Shown here piece after piece: positions 1 to 13,500 of a DNA stretch of 64,000 nt (positions are counted from its first letter, which is position 1; each line of letters begins with the position of its first letter). The stretch is from Octopus bimaculoides. Taxonomy: Eukaryota. A program made the position numbers and the translations under genes. Location of the stretch: assembly GCF_001194135.2 (NCBI RefSeq), contig NC_068988.1:94776874-94840873 (forward strand), given 5' to 3'. The notes beneath the pieces were generated by a model. That model was not told the origin of the DNA. It was given only the letters and a program-made list of their open reading frames with translations, and did no database searches.

Positions 1-75
<75 letters not shown>

Positions 76-714
76 TATATTATATTAAAACTGAAATTAG
101 AACAATGCTAAACTTCACAACATTCAATATATTATTCATATATTCAATAGAAACTATTTCTGGACAAAAACTTTTCATAAGATACACAATTGCCAACACA
201 TGAATTCCTTTCGTTATGTTGTGGACATTCATCAGTAATAATATTGAGTTATATTGAGATATCATATTAAAGATGGGCGACATATTTATTTTCTAATATT
301 TATATTTGTAATATATAATATCAATGATATTAGATAATACCAGTCTAATTCCCAATTTTCAATCTTAAATAAGCAAACGTGTTACCTTCGCACATTTCTA
401 GATATTGAGGGAGAGTCAGGAATTGCAGAGATGGAGGGGAGGAGAGGGTATTACAACTGTCCTCATTATATTACTGGTGCAGTAACAGTTTTTCCAACGA
501 AGCCGCAATCATATAAATATGAACTCCTTTTTCTCTATCTCCTGCTCGCTCTCTCTCTCTCTTTCTCTCTAACCCTCTCTCTCTCTATATATATATATAT
601 GTGTTTGGGTGTTTTGTTGTGTCTTGCGAGAGTCATTACACCAATAATGATAAACATACGCACAGGTTCAATTCCACTTCTTTATTGCTGCTAGGGCGTT
701 GTTTTTTTTCATAC

Positions 715-1075
715 CTCCTGCGATACACCTAGACACATCAGCATTGATGTTGCCTGGTATCAGTAGGTGTCCCGGGTTTTTCAACAGACACCTTTAGCCA
801 GGCAATCCATCTCCGTCTTGATCAAGCCCCAATTTGGTCCAGTTGGCACTACTCTGGATGCTGTGTTCCTTTCACAACTCGCACTTCCTGATCCACAGGT
901 ACCTTGCTGAAACCTCTTCTGCTTCTAGATTCAGTAATGCCCATCAGGCAATAATGAGCACTGCAGAGGGCGTGGCCTATAAACACTGAAGTTTCTTGTT
1001 TGTGTCCTGTTGATTCAACTTATGACTCAACTTATGTCTCAAGGCATTGAGTACTTTCTTTCGGCAGCAAACACT
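715..1075 (-). mobile_element. Decayed 3' end of a HERO-like (REL-endonuclease) non-LTR retrotransposon: ORF C-terminus plus 3' UTR
   Basis: The minus strand gives broken peptides AAERKYS, FIGHALC..LMGIT and AEEVSARYLWIRKCEL*. These resemble HERO C-termini (EAHERK..KY, GF.G.SL...LGIT, AERASRWLWIKR..W). They are followed by 'aaggtgtctgttgaaaaacccgggacacctactgataccaggcaacatcaatgctgatgtgtc', similar to HERO 3' UTRs as I recall them. Confidence 0.7.
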
Positions 1076-1092
1076 GGATGAATAGATATGTA

Positions 1093-1128
<36 letters not shown>

Positions 1129-3778
1129 TGTGTGTATGTGTGTGTTTGTGNNNNNNNNNNTGTGTGTGTGTCTGTGTGTATGTGTGTGTTTGTGTGTGAG
1201 TGCGCGCATGTGCGTCTGTGAGTGTGTGTGTACGTATGTATGTATATATGTATCTATGTATGTGTATAATTATATATATATATATATACACATATATACA
1301 TGTATATATGTGTATATATACACGCGCACGCACACACATATATACATGTCTGTGTATGCAGGCATATAAATAGATGAATATGTGTGTATATATATACATA
1401 TATGTATACGTATATATATTTATATATATGTGTATATATATATATATATATATACATGTATATATATATATATATGTATGTATATATGTATATATATANN
1501 NNNNNNNNNNNNNNNNNNNNNNNNNNNNNNNNNNNNNNNNNNNNNNNNNNNNNNNNNNNNNNNNNNNNNNNNNNNNNNNNNNNNNNNNNNNNNNNNNNNN
1601 NNNNNNNNNNNNNNNNNNNNNNNNNNNNNNNNNNNNNNNNNNNNNNNNNNNNNNNNNNNNNNNNNNNNNNNNNNNNNNNNNNNNNNNNNNNNNNNNNNNN
1701 NNNNNNNNNNNNNNNNNNNNNNNNNNNNNNNNNNNNNNNNNNNNNNNNNNNNNNNNNNNNNNNNATATATTATATGCATATGTGTATAACGTTGATACCA
1801 GATAAAATAACAATGCTGTTAAATATTAACTCATGCTAAAAATATATTCGCTTTTCTGAGCCAAACTAATCTCTCGGTGATTTTAGTTGGTTGTGAAAAT
1901 ATATAAATCATTAAAGCATTGCACATATGAAGTTTGGATAGCTTAAGGCTTGTCGTAGAGAACGAAGCGAAGGACTGACACACGCATCTGTGCGAGGCAA
2001 TTTACTACAGCATTCAATCACTTTATATGGGTGGAGGCGGAGGCGGAGGAGGGACGGATTCTTAACTCTCTTTGGTTCCCAGCTCAATCATTCCTAAAGC
2101 TATATGTTCTTGTTTCCTTCTCAGCTATTGACAAATACCCATCCGCCATACTTCTTTTATTGCCTTAACCCCTACAGAGACAATTTACTGTTACATAGCA
2201 CCTTAAGAATAGCAAGAACAAAGCTGTTTCTAAAGCCTTGCGTGCAGAATGAGCGTTTTATAGCGAGAAGAGCATCGCTGTAAGCATGGAAACAAATGCG
2301 AAATTTCTCTATTTCTTTATATCAGATAAACCTCTTCAAGATTAACGAAAATATTCGTTTTCAGACATGAGCTGTGAAGAACTAATCACTTTTGTAATTA
2401 CATCAATGAACTTAAAATGTTTATCGCTTGTAGCAAGGTCAAAGGGGAAGGAAGCAAAACGGCTTTAATCTAAATAGTTGTTTGTGCTGTCAGTTTTGTT
2501 TAAGCGAATTTGTGTTACTCTGAGCTTCTTGGAAACGTAAGAAGCCCATGATATAAGTACACACAAACATATACATTCTACACGCACACACACATACAAG
2601 CCATCGACTTGTATTATTTCTTACAAATTTGCATTATTTTGGCTTTAAAAATATTTTTTTAAATAACAATATAAAACACACACAAGCATTTAGTGTGAGA
2701 AAGAGTAATATTACAAAGACATACACTTTACATTTTGTTCACTTCACTTATCGCCTCCTTTTCTAATGATCAATCAACAGGCTCTTGGCTGGTCAGATGG
2801 ATGAAAAATAATAGAGGAAATATGTAGATCGCTCGAGGAATATCTTTATCAGATTCTTTCCTCCACACACCATAAAAGAATCTTACATTTTATCTCTCTT
2901 TGCCTCTGAATATATATATATATATATANNNNNNNNNNNNNNNNNNNNNNNNNNNNNNNNNNNNNNNNNNNNNNNNNNNNNNNNNNNNNNNNNNNNNNNN
3001 NNNNNNNNNNNNNNNNNNNNNNNNNNNNNNNNNNNNNNNNNNNNNNNNNNNNNNNNNNNNNNNNNNNNNNNNNNNNNNNNNNNNNNNNNNNNNNNNNNNN
3101 NNNNNNNNNNNNNNNNNNNNNNNNNNNNNNNNNNNNNNNNNNNNNNNNNNNNNNNNNNNNNNNNNNNNNNNNNNNNNNNNNNNNNNNNNNNNNNNNNNNN
3201 NNNNNNNNNNNNNNNNNNNNNNNNNNNNNNNNNNNNNNNNNNNNNNNNNNNNNNNNNNNNNNNNNNNNNNNNNNNNNNNNNNNNNNNNNNNNNNNNNNNN
3301 NNNNNNNNNNNNNNNNNNNNNNNNNNNNNNNNNNNNNNNNNNNNNNNNNNNNAACCAGTAAAATTCTTGAGCACATCCACACGTTCCTTTTTTTCTCTTT
3401 CTTTATCTCTTTTCGTTTTTTATTCGTTTTTTTTTAATTGTTTGTTCGTTGAATTCACAATGCATACATACATGCATGCATCCATCCATCCATCCATCCA
3501 TACATACATACATACATACATACATACATACTGTGTCTGGCTTCTGCATAGTTTCCGCGTGCTAAATTCCCCAAATGTATATTAGCCAAATCGAGACATT
3601 TGTGGAAGATAGATGACCAATGTACTGTGTGTATATTAAAATAGAACACGGGATTAAGCTATTGACGTAGAATATGACATTTAAACCAAAAATAATAATA
3701 AACTGAAACAGGCAATTAATAAATGCATCGGCATCACATATGTTCTATATTATGTTATATAAACTTCTTATGAGTATA

Positions 3779-3852
<74 letters not shown>

Positions 3853-4669
3853 ACAGAGAGAGAGAGAGAGAGAATGTCCTACATCGATTTCAAGAATGCG
3901 TTTTGAGTAGTTTAAATTTCCTGAATGCTCTCGTGAAGTAGGTAAGTAGCTCAGTGGCTGAGTATACCACAGTCCTGTGTACCCTTAATGTATTTCTGAC
4001 TAAAGTGGCATTTGTGTAATAGAGCAACGATCTAGACCACATGTCTCCACACACTTTACATCAATCCAATATCATTTCCTGCGTCCGACTGGAGTCAGAT
4101 GCAGAAATATTCTCTCCTAAGGTGTCATGCACTATGGTCGAGTTCAGAGCCTTGTTATCATGGATTGAACATTTTATGGTTACACGCTGTTTGTTTTTGT
4201 TTCTTTTTCTTGGGGAGGGGGGGGGGCTTTTTTTCTTCCTTGTTTATCAATTAATTAATAATTCGGAGAGATGAAACTAGCAAAATCTCACATTATTTCC
4301 ATTAGTTACAGTAGTGAGTGTCACGGTAGGAAATACAACCAGCGTGTACGGAACCTACTCTCAAACATTAGTGCTAAGTGTGACGAAACCCCACCCCCCA
4401 TCCAAATATCACCTGTTATTGTTATCTCGCCCTTCTTTATACAAATTATTTCAGACTTTCTTTTTTTCCACCTGAAGACAGGAAGTATGCTGAGCGATCA
4501 AAAGCGGGAGCTAATCATCTCCCGAGCATGTTTGTAACGACTCATTAACTACGTACTAATTTGTAAACCCCTATAAAAGTCGACACGACATTGAAATCGG
4601 GGACATAAATTAAAGTTGTATGAGGACCAGCGAACTACAAACACGGCGAAAAATGAAGCACATTAACGC

Positions 4670-4905
4670 CTGGCTTAAAGGGAATCCTCTAGAAATAGAA
4701 GCCACATGTTTCCCATCACAAATTCTTTTGTTATAAAAGTAGAAGGTCACATTGGATAACGTGGCTCTTGAAGCACACTGCCTGGAAAAAAAAAATAAAC
4801 GAGAAAGAGAAGATGAAAACGTGAATGACTTCAATACCCTTGATCATTTGTTTTCTTAATCATAGCTCACCTGGGGTTAAACGTCACCACCAACAACAAC
4901 AATAC
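4670..4905 (+). repeat. Unnamed dispersed repeat 'family D' ('ctgctagaaatagcagccaaatctc...acattggataatgt...cctttgatcat...ctgacctggggttaaacaacaac')
   Basis: Diverged copies are at about 4945-5000(+), 5290-5405(-), 9275-9420(+), 11925-12120(+), 23110-23290(+), 31130-31215(-), 31515-31600(-), 40080-40200(+), 41280-41365(+), 47195-47360(+) and 47465-47640(+). Many end in (CAA)n-like tails. Confidence 0.65.
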
Positions 4906-6661
4906 CTTTAACACGACACGATTCATGAAAGGGTTCTCCTACGTCTGGTTCAACCTGCTAGAAACAGCAGGCAAATCTCCCAAAGGTTATACTCTATCAT
5001 AATCTTATTTTACACACTCTGTATGTAAACGGCTGAAATGACTTTGATTATAAATCTGATAGATTATAGATCTCATCGATCGCTATTAAACACCAGCAAT
5101 ATCAATATACAACATATTAAACTAGAAATTAAAACTTATTGATTAATAATTACAATTATTTTCATTAAATCTTTTTTTTTCTCCCCTTTTTAAACTGCGA
5201 TCACTTTGATATACCCCCGCCTATTGATTGAGGCACCTTTTTGTTACAGGCGTTCCAACCATGACTAGTACGCTATAACTCGTGCCCATAGTATCATGGA
5301 CTACATTATTCAACGTGCTTTTTCCTTTTGAATGTGATTTAAGTGTGTGGCTGAGTGATTTGAATGAGATCTGACTGCAATTTCTACCATGTGGTAGAAA
5401 CTGCATCCGAATTTGGTTGGAATCGGCACTTGTGACCAAGAACAAATGAAGGTAGAATGGAAGGGGAGTAAGATAAGGCAGTTGGGAACTAAATTACGAC
5501 TTTTACGTTCTGTGTTAAAATCACACCGTGGTAAACTAAAATTTTCACTCTTTCCAGGTGAATAAACCTAGTGCCAGTCACGGGTCTTGTGTGCTCGATT
5601 CAAATCATCTCAAAGTCCAATTTATCTTTCATTTTTAAGGCAAATATACTAATGAAGTACCAAAACTGATTTAATATTCCTGAGAATATTCTGCATCCTA
5701 GAAGTAACTGACAGACAGGTAGATAGACAGATAGATAGATAGAGAGAGAGAGAGAGATAGGCATATATTAAAATATATATGTATATACCTACACACACAC
5801 ACACATACACACATGCATAGACATATAGACAGTCACAGATAGATAGATAGATAGATAGACAGACAGATAGACAGATTGACGAAATAGCTGAAAATATTGC
5901 TTATTTTTACGAAAGGAAAATTACTGTTTTTAACAACATTAAAAGTACTTTCCAAGTGACTTTATACTGATTGAACCCTTTAGTTACGATTGTGCAAATG
6001 TCAATAAGCTACGTATTGTTGTGGAAATTTCGTCATTATAGACAGCCTACTTAAATAGTCCCTCCGTTGTTTTGATCTGCCGACTATTAACTTCTCGATT
6101 TGTCACTAAACATACTTGTTAGACATCATTATTAATTCAATGTTTGATATCACGAGGTTAGTTTGAGTAACGAGCTTTTAATTTCTTTTTCGTGAGAAAT
6201 GAACTCAACTTTGTTCCACTTGATTGTTTTATTCCTTAAATTATGAAATATTACTCATCTTTTTCTATCATCATATTTTCTTTAACACCCGTTTCCGTAA
6301 AACCCTACAGTTTAATCATAAACTGTGGTCAAGTAAGTCTTGTATTTAAAATTCGCCTCAAATCATCAGTGAGGTTTTGAGCGTTTGGTGTGAGACGAAA
6401 TTGACGTGTGCATAGCTGGCTGGGCTGTAATTAAGGTATAGATTAAACTGATTGATCAGTCACGAAGTGTCAATTAGTATATTGTTATTTAAGTGAGATT
6501 TACGACTAACTAAATACATTTCTGCTATAGCCGTAGGAGAGCCCTCCAGAGATAAGTCTGCCATAAACAATATTGACTTAATTGTAAGCTTAATTTAATT
6601 TTAATAGTTGCACTGCCATCACTTGGCATGCTTAGCCGGAAAGAAACGCCGCTGATTTCAG

Positions 6662-6704
<43 letters not shown>

Positions 6705-6814
6705 GCACACATACCTAAGTAGATACATATAAGTGTGTTGTGTATAGTGCATGTGTATAGTGTATGTATAGTGTGTGTTTGTATGTGTATGTGCATCAAT
6801 CGTGAATACAGATA

Positions 6815-6855
<41 letters not shown>

Positions 6856-6997
6856 GTATGTATGTATGTATGTATGCATGTATGTATGTATGTATGTATG
6901 TATATGTATGTATGTATGTACGTATGTTTGTATACTAGAGGAATGTGTGTGTGGCTGTGCATGCGTTTGTGTCCGATAAATTTTCTCTTTATCACAG

Positions 6998-7054
6998 ATC
7001 TGTAGATGGGCAAAGCTTCTATCTCTAAACACAACCAACATCATCCTTTCATAT
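6998..7054 (+). CDS. Weak candidate exon (possible start exon MGKASISKHNQHHPFI-, ATG at 7006)
   Basis: Acceptor ttttctctttatcacag and donor AT|gtgagc. The phase-1 end fits the 10192 candidate. No homology recognised. Confidence 0.15.
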
Positions 7055-7606
7055 GTGAGCTTAAACACAAAGTTTGGTGTGCATCGTGTGTTAATGAATG
7101 CACGTGATTAGCTAATGATCGCACATAGCAATCACAGAATCCAATTTGGCTTAGGTTTATCATCTGACCAACTATAAACTACTTTCATTAAATGTACGTA
7201 ACAATACGTTCTTCAAGTGTCTCACCTCGTCCCACGATTACCATGAAATGAGCAGTCTGAAGATATCCTTGGATATTCGAAATTTCTCAACATCTACTTC
7301 CTGCTCACGTGATCTAAATAAATTCCTGATCAAATCAAATACATTTTCACAGTTCTGCAGTTAATAAATATAAAATATATTTCAATTAAGTGTGACAAAA
7401 TACAGTATCTTCATTTAAAAATAAAACGCTAATAATTATAAACATCGCTATTACTTTCTCCGGTTATAATGTTTTGCTTCCGGTCGCATTCACAATATTT
7501 ATTCCTTGCAGTACTTTTTCTTTGGCATACCCCCTAATACCCCTCCAATCACTTCGTTGCTTTACCCACTTACATAGCGAAGATAAAATTATTGAGAGAG
7601 AAAGTT

Positions 7607-7752
7607 GGCGAGCTGGCAGAAACGTTAGCACGCCGGGTAAAGTGCTTACTGATATTTCGTCTGTCTTTACGTTCTGAGTTCAAATTCCGCCGAGGTCGAC
7701 TTTGCCTTTCATCCTTTCGGGGTCGATAAATTAAGTATCGATAAATTAAGTG
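7607..7752 (+). mobile_element. tRNA-derived SINE family A, 3'-truncated
   Basis: A-box-like GGCGAGCTGGCAGAAACGTTAGC and B-box GAGTTCAAATTCC, followed by the body 'gaggtcgactttgcctttcatcctttcggggtcgataaattaagt'. It ends in a 14-bp duplication (tcgataaattaagt x2). Confidence 0.85.
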
Positions 7753-8039
7753 TACAACTTTGTAATTCCTATTAGCTAATGAAACATGTGTAATGATGAA
7801 TAAATGATACTTAATAAACTTTCCAACTTACCGATAGATAGATAGATAGATAGATAGACATTATATATCTTGATCTTTCTCTCATCGTTCGATCAATTGC
7901 ACTTAGAAACGTATTCGCTCCAACATCTATGTGAAACGGCACAGCTTTAAAGCCTTAATATAATCACCATTTTGTGTAAATCTACCTCATGTTACTAGCG
8001 TTAATCTCTAGCAACAATCTTGCCATATTTAGTTAAGAC

Positions 8040-8175
8040 TCTCCAAGGTCGACTTTCCCTTTCATCCTTTCGGGGTCGATAAATTAAGTTCCAGATGAGT
8101 CCTGAGCTGATGGCAATCGACTTGCCTGCCTCCTCCGCCAAACCTGCTGGCGCTGTGCCAAAATTTAAAACCATT
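8040..8175 (+). mobile_element. SINE family A, 5'-truncated fragment
   Basis: Body 'aggtcgactttccctttcatcctttcggggtcgataaattaagttccag...aatcgactt' with a degenerate tail. Confidence 0.75.
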
Positions 8176-8213
8176 ATTATTGTTATTGTTATTCTTCTTC
8201 TTATTATTATTAT

Positions 8214-8258
<45 letters not shown>

Positions 8259-8934
8259 CAGCAGCAGCAAGATCGGCGGTAATAGGGCAGTAACAGCAGA
8301 AATATTGCGTTCCACTTATTTTCCGTGTAAGATTTTACAATGTAAAATGGCAACGGGTAGTGAAATTCTATTGTAAACACCTTTTTAAAACATGCCATCA
8401 CTTGTTCCTTTTCAGTTACATAAAATAACATTTGTTGGGTAAGGAGCGGTTCTCATTGCTTTGAATTCACTACGTGCTTTAGAAACTCGGTGAAATTTAG
8501 GCACTGTCACGATTGGAATCATGTATATATATATTTTCAAACTATATATGATGATGATAATAACAGCTAAGGCAATGTATAATAGAAATATTTGCTGCAA
8601 ACGCTCGTAGCACAACCAAATAATGTTGGAAACACCAATGATAACTCATTCAAATCTTCCTCTCTCTCCACACAAACATTTATTTATACATCCTGATACT
8701 CATATCCTTCCAACTTTATACCTTTATACTTTCATGCCAGCCTACCTACCTACCTACCTACCTACCTACCTACCGACCTACCTACCGACCTACCTACCTG
8801 CCTACTTATCCATCTGTCTATCTATCTATATATCTATCTATCTATCTATATATATATCTATCTATCTATCTATCTGTCTATATATCTCTATTTATCTATC
8901 TATCTCGCGGTCTTAAAAAAAAAATAATAATAAT

Positions 8935-9147
8935 AATATCAAATTTTGGCGCAATGCCAGTAATTTCTAAGCAGTTAAGTAAGTCGATTACATTGATCCT
9001 AGTGTCCACCTGATACTTGTTTCATCGACCCTGAAAGGATGAAAGGCAGAGTCTACCTCGGCTGAATTTGAACTCAGAACCTAAAGACCGATAAAACTGA
9101 TGCTAAACGTTTGCCCTGCCTTGCTAACGATTCCGCCAGCTCGCTGT
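8935..9147 (-). mobile_element. SINE family A, near full length, diverged
   Basis: Reverse complement of the family A head and body ('gaatttgaactcagaac', 'ctaacgattccgccagctcgc'). Confidence 0.8.
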
Positions 9148-9695
9148 GTTTAAAAATATAATATTGTTACTTCTATAGTTACTCCGACTCCTAGCGGATC
9201 CAATGGGAACACCTTTGTAGTCTTTTTGTGCAAATGCTCTACATACTGCGGCACGCTGCTATACGAATGTCTTCAACATCGCCGTGACACATTGGATAAT
9301 GTATCCTTTGATATACAATGCCAGACAGAAAGAAAGAATATTCATAGCTACAATGAATTTTGATCAGTGGTTTTCCAATCAGGCCTCACCTGACCACAGA
9401 CATGGCCTTCGAAATTGCTACTACTACTACTACTACGACGACGACGACGACGACGACTACCACTGCGACTACCATCCTCACAAGTGGTATAAACGCGTAG
9501 CGTTAAAGCTGTCCCGTGTCTCGCTCTTCTTAATGTTATGTCATTATTGATCCTGACACTTTCCCTCTTATGTTGTTATCATTTGTGCAAAAGACCGGAT
9601 GATCCGGGCTGATCGGACTTTAATCAAAACGGTAACACCTAACACACATTTTATATGCAAAATAAGGTGTATAACTCGGACAGACATACATACCT

Positions 9696-9742
<47 letters not shown>

Positions 9743-10191
9743 ACAATATACATATATACATGATTATATTTATATATATACGTATATATATACATATATA
9801 TGTACACATACACATACATATGCACACACATACACATACACATGCCCACACATACACATGCACACTCACACACACACATACAAACACACACACAAACACG
9901 GAGGTATACACATATTTTCATATCTAGAAATGCACATATGTACATACATGCATGCATACACACAGACATAAATACATGCATATACAGATACACACATACA
10001 CACATACATACATACATACATACATACATACATACATACATACATACATACATACATACATACACATTGCGAGCTGTTAGACTGTAGTCTTGAGGATATT
10101 TCTAGAGAAATATGGGTGAGAGAAAAGTAGTTGTCCAAGAAGATATACAGTTCGAATGGAATCCCTTGCGAATCGTTGTTTTCTTTAACAG

Positions 10192-10289
10192 ACTTTGCAA
10201 TTGTCAAGGGACAACATGGTCTGCATATAAATGTCCATGAGACGCGCTGCAATGCGTTCGTCACAATTAATTACTTGGGCGATGGCGGC
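10192..10289 (+). CDS. Candidate internal exon, (x)FAIVKGQHGLHINVHETRCNAFVTINYLGDGG; product unknown
   Basis: Strong acceptor ttgttttctttaacag and strong donor GGC|gtgagt. The segment is 98 nt, only one frame is open (phase 1 in, phase 0 out), and it is unique sequence between microsatellites. It has a loose resemblance to the N-terminal half of a PDZ domain, which is unverified. Confidence 0.4.
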
Positions 10290-10468
10290 GTGAGTTGACA
10301 GTAAGTTACGAAAATGCTGGACCTCGTTTTCACATTTGTGCCGGTTCTTGTCTTACTGAACGCCATCATCTTACCGCAGTCAGTTGATTGTCATGGAAAC
10401 ACGCTTCATGTATATCGTCGCATACTTACATATATGTGTCTGTATATGAGTGTGTATATGTGTGTGTA

Positions 10469-10504
<36 letters not shown>

Positions 10505-13500
10505 NNNNNNNNNNNNNNNNNNNNNNNNNNNNNNNNNNNNNNNNNNNNNNNNNNNNNNNNNNNNNNNNNNNNNNNNNNNNNNNNNNNNNNNNNNNNNNNN
10601 NNNNNNNNNNNNNNNNNNNNNNNNNNNNNNNNNNNNNNNNNNNNNNNNNNNNNNNNNNNNNNNNNNNNNNNNNNNNNNNNNNNNNNNNNNNNNNNNNNNN
10701 NNNNNNNNNNNNNNNNNNNNNNNNNNNNNNNNNNNNNNNNNNNNNNNNNNNNNNNNNNNNNNNNNNNNNNNNNNNNNNNNNNNNNNNNNNNNNNNNNNNN
10801 NNNNNNNNNNNNNNNNNNNNNNNNNNNNNNNNNNNNNNNNNNNNNNNNNNNNNNNNNNNNNNNNNNNNNNNNNNNNNNNNNNNNNNNNNNNNNNNNNNNN
10901 NNNNNNNNNNNNNNNNNNNNNNNNNNNNNNNNNNNNNNNNNNNNNNNNNNNNNNNNNNNNNNNNNNNNNNNNNNNNNNNNNNNNNNNNNNNNNNNNNNNN
11001 NNNNNNNNNNNNNNNNNNNNNNNNNNNNNNNNNNNNNNNNNNNNNNNNNNNNNNNNNNNNNNNNNNNNNNNNNNNNNNNNNNNNNNNNNNNNNNNNNNNN
11101 NNNNNNNNNNNNNNNNNNNNNNNNNNNNNNNNNNNNNNNNNNNNNNNNNNNNNNNNNNNNNNNNNNNNNNNNNNNNNNNNNNNNNNNNNNNNNNNNNNNN
11201 NNNNNNNNNNNNNNNNNNNNNNNNNNNNNNNNNNNNNNNNNNNNNNNNNNNNNNNNNNNNNNNNNNNNNNNNNNNNNNNNNNNNNNNNNNNNNNNNNNNN
11301 NNNNNNNNNNNNNNNNNNNNNNNNNNNNNNNNNNNNNNNNNNNNNNNNNNNNNNNNNNNNNNNNNNNNNNNNNNNNNNNNNNNNNNNNNNNNNNNNNNNN
11401 NNNNNNNNNNNNNNNNNNNNNNNNNNNNNNNNNNNNNNNNNNNNNNNNNNNNNNNNNNNNNNNNNNNNNNNNNNNNNNNNNNNNNNNNNNNNNNNNTATC
11501 AACCTGTCTGTCTCTCTCTTTTTCTCTCTCTCTCTCTTTCTCCCTACCTCTCTATCCCTGTGATTATCTGGCAATCTAACCTTCTTTCTATAATACACCT
11601 CAACAAACGACATCATATAAAACAAAACTACACAATTTGCAAGAAGTTTCTTCGCAGATCATGTCACTCAACCGTCTTCTCCTCGCCAGTATTTCCCTCT
11701 CTAAGGTAACTTCTTTCATGACACACCAAGGCCTCGACCCCACTCGAAACTCTAACAGTTTACATCATCATACCGGCACTGTGCAATGTCTGTGGATATA
11801 CAAGAAGATGAAAGCGTTCACCTACCTCCAAAGACCCATGGTTTTATGAATATGACATTGAGCACTCAGCAGTCTGGTCGGTTTTAATGCATGAGGGACC
11901 GCTATGCAAAAACCAGGTGCATGTACATGGTGAGTCGATCTGCTAGAAATAGCAGTCCAATAATTCTCGATCCAAACTCGATCATCTCAAAGGACACAAT
12001 TCATATATGTTATTCATGACAAACCAAAGTGAAGAAGATAGGATGGCCATATCTGGAATTTCTTTGATCTTAGATCAGTCCAATAAAAACTAACTTGGGA
12101 GAAACAGTAACAACAAAAAACGTATAATTCACTTCGGTGTATAGAATAGGCACCGTATAATTGAGGAAATGGTTCCTTACTTACTAAATGTAGAGATTAT
12201 ATATTCTGGATATACGAGAAGTTTAAAGCATTTACCTACCTCCAAAGACCCATGATTTTATGACTTATCCATGCATCCCATCTCATGCGATGTGTTAAGT
12301 ACTTCGAATGTTTGGTCCTTTCAAAGACATATCCCTATTATTCTTGTCTCAAGTTCTGAACTTGATACAATCGTTTCATAACTCTCAGACGTGTGGCTAC
12401 TTTCTCTAACATTTATACGCTTTACTGTTGTATCTTTTTTCTCTACCCATAATTCTTCCCGGGAAGCAAGTGAAATATCTCTGCAGGAAAACCCTTTGAT
12501 CTATCGGAAGATGTCGATAATTATAGAAGCTTATTACAATTTCTTTTAGCCAAGACCAAACTGATACTTGAATTTACTATTTCCGTATTTGTTGAAAAAA
12601 AAAAAAAAACCGAATCAGTTTGCGAAAGCAGGTAACACAATTATGTCTTATTCAAGATGTTTCTCTCTTCTTTTCTTTGTAGTCGATTTTATTTCTTCGA
12701 TGAAACTACAAACGGAAAGAAAATGTTAGAAAACAGTAAGAAGAATAAAGTCGGGAGAAGAAGAAAAATAAACAAAGAAAAAATTCCTCACATCAGTAGA
12801 ACTGCTCGTAGCACCAAGCCATAGAGTAACATTTTCTTTACAAGAGGCGGACAGTTAAGATGGTAATAAAACACAGCCATTGATACAATTAAAAAAATAT
12901 CTATATGTAAAAGAACGTTGTGCATCTTATGTTTTGATTTTCTTTTGGACGTCTTTAACAGAAAGATTCAATGCCAAATGAAACTGTATACCGTTTCACG
13001 ACACTTATTATTAAAGACGATATCCTCTACGTGACCACAGCAGCTAAAGTCCGTTTCAGTGGTTGCTTTGAAGGTTTACCGTATTAAAATTCCTGTTTTG
13101 TGTTCTATGTAACACAGAAATCTCTATCACTTTTACGATGGCATTTATCGGGTTAAATGAACCGTGAGAATATAAACGACAGTGTATGCAAAATACGTGT
13201 CTATAAGATTAGTGTTTGTGGTTCTAATTGCAAGAAAACTAAAATATACTATGAAGATATAAAAAAAATTCAGGCGAAACGAAGACGCAAACACGACTTC
13301 ACTTTTTGGCAAGTTCTTTTGCTGATGCTAGGTAACTGAAACCGTTCTATTACTTATACTATCGAAGATAGAAACAACTGACATATTGTTGATTCTATCT
13401 AATGCGGCCAGATATTTTTTTCAATATATGAAGTGTATAAAATGCTTTGACTATTTGGTCGGTTGAAACAATGTACTAATACGTCTTCCTCTAAACATTA

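Noticed and set aside
5221-5445. 74-aa minus-strand ORF
   Set aside because: It overlaps a family D repeat copy and has no protein motif.
8418-8440. 23-nt micro-exon candidate (ttgttccttttcag / gtaagg)
   Set aside because: Its phases do not fit the neighbouring candidates, and a pair this short is expected by chance.
12300-12660. Possible mariner-type terminal region on the minus strand
   Set aside because: Only a vague recollection of similar sequence. I could find no TIR pair or transposase motif.
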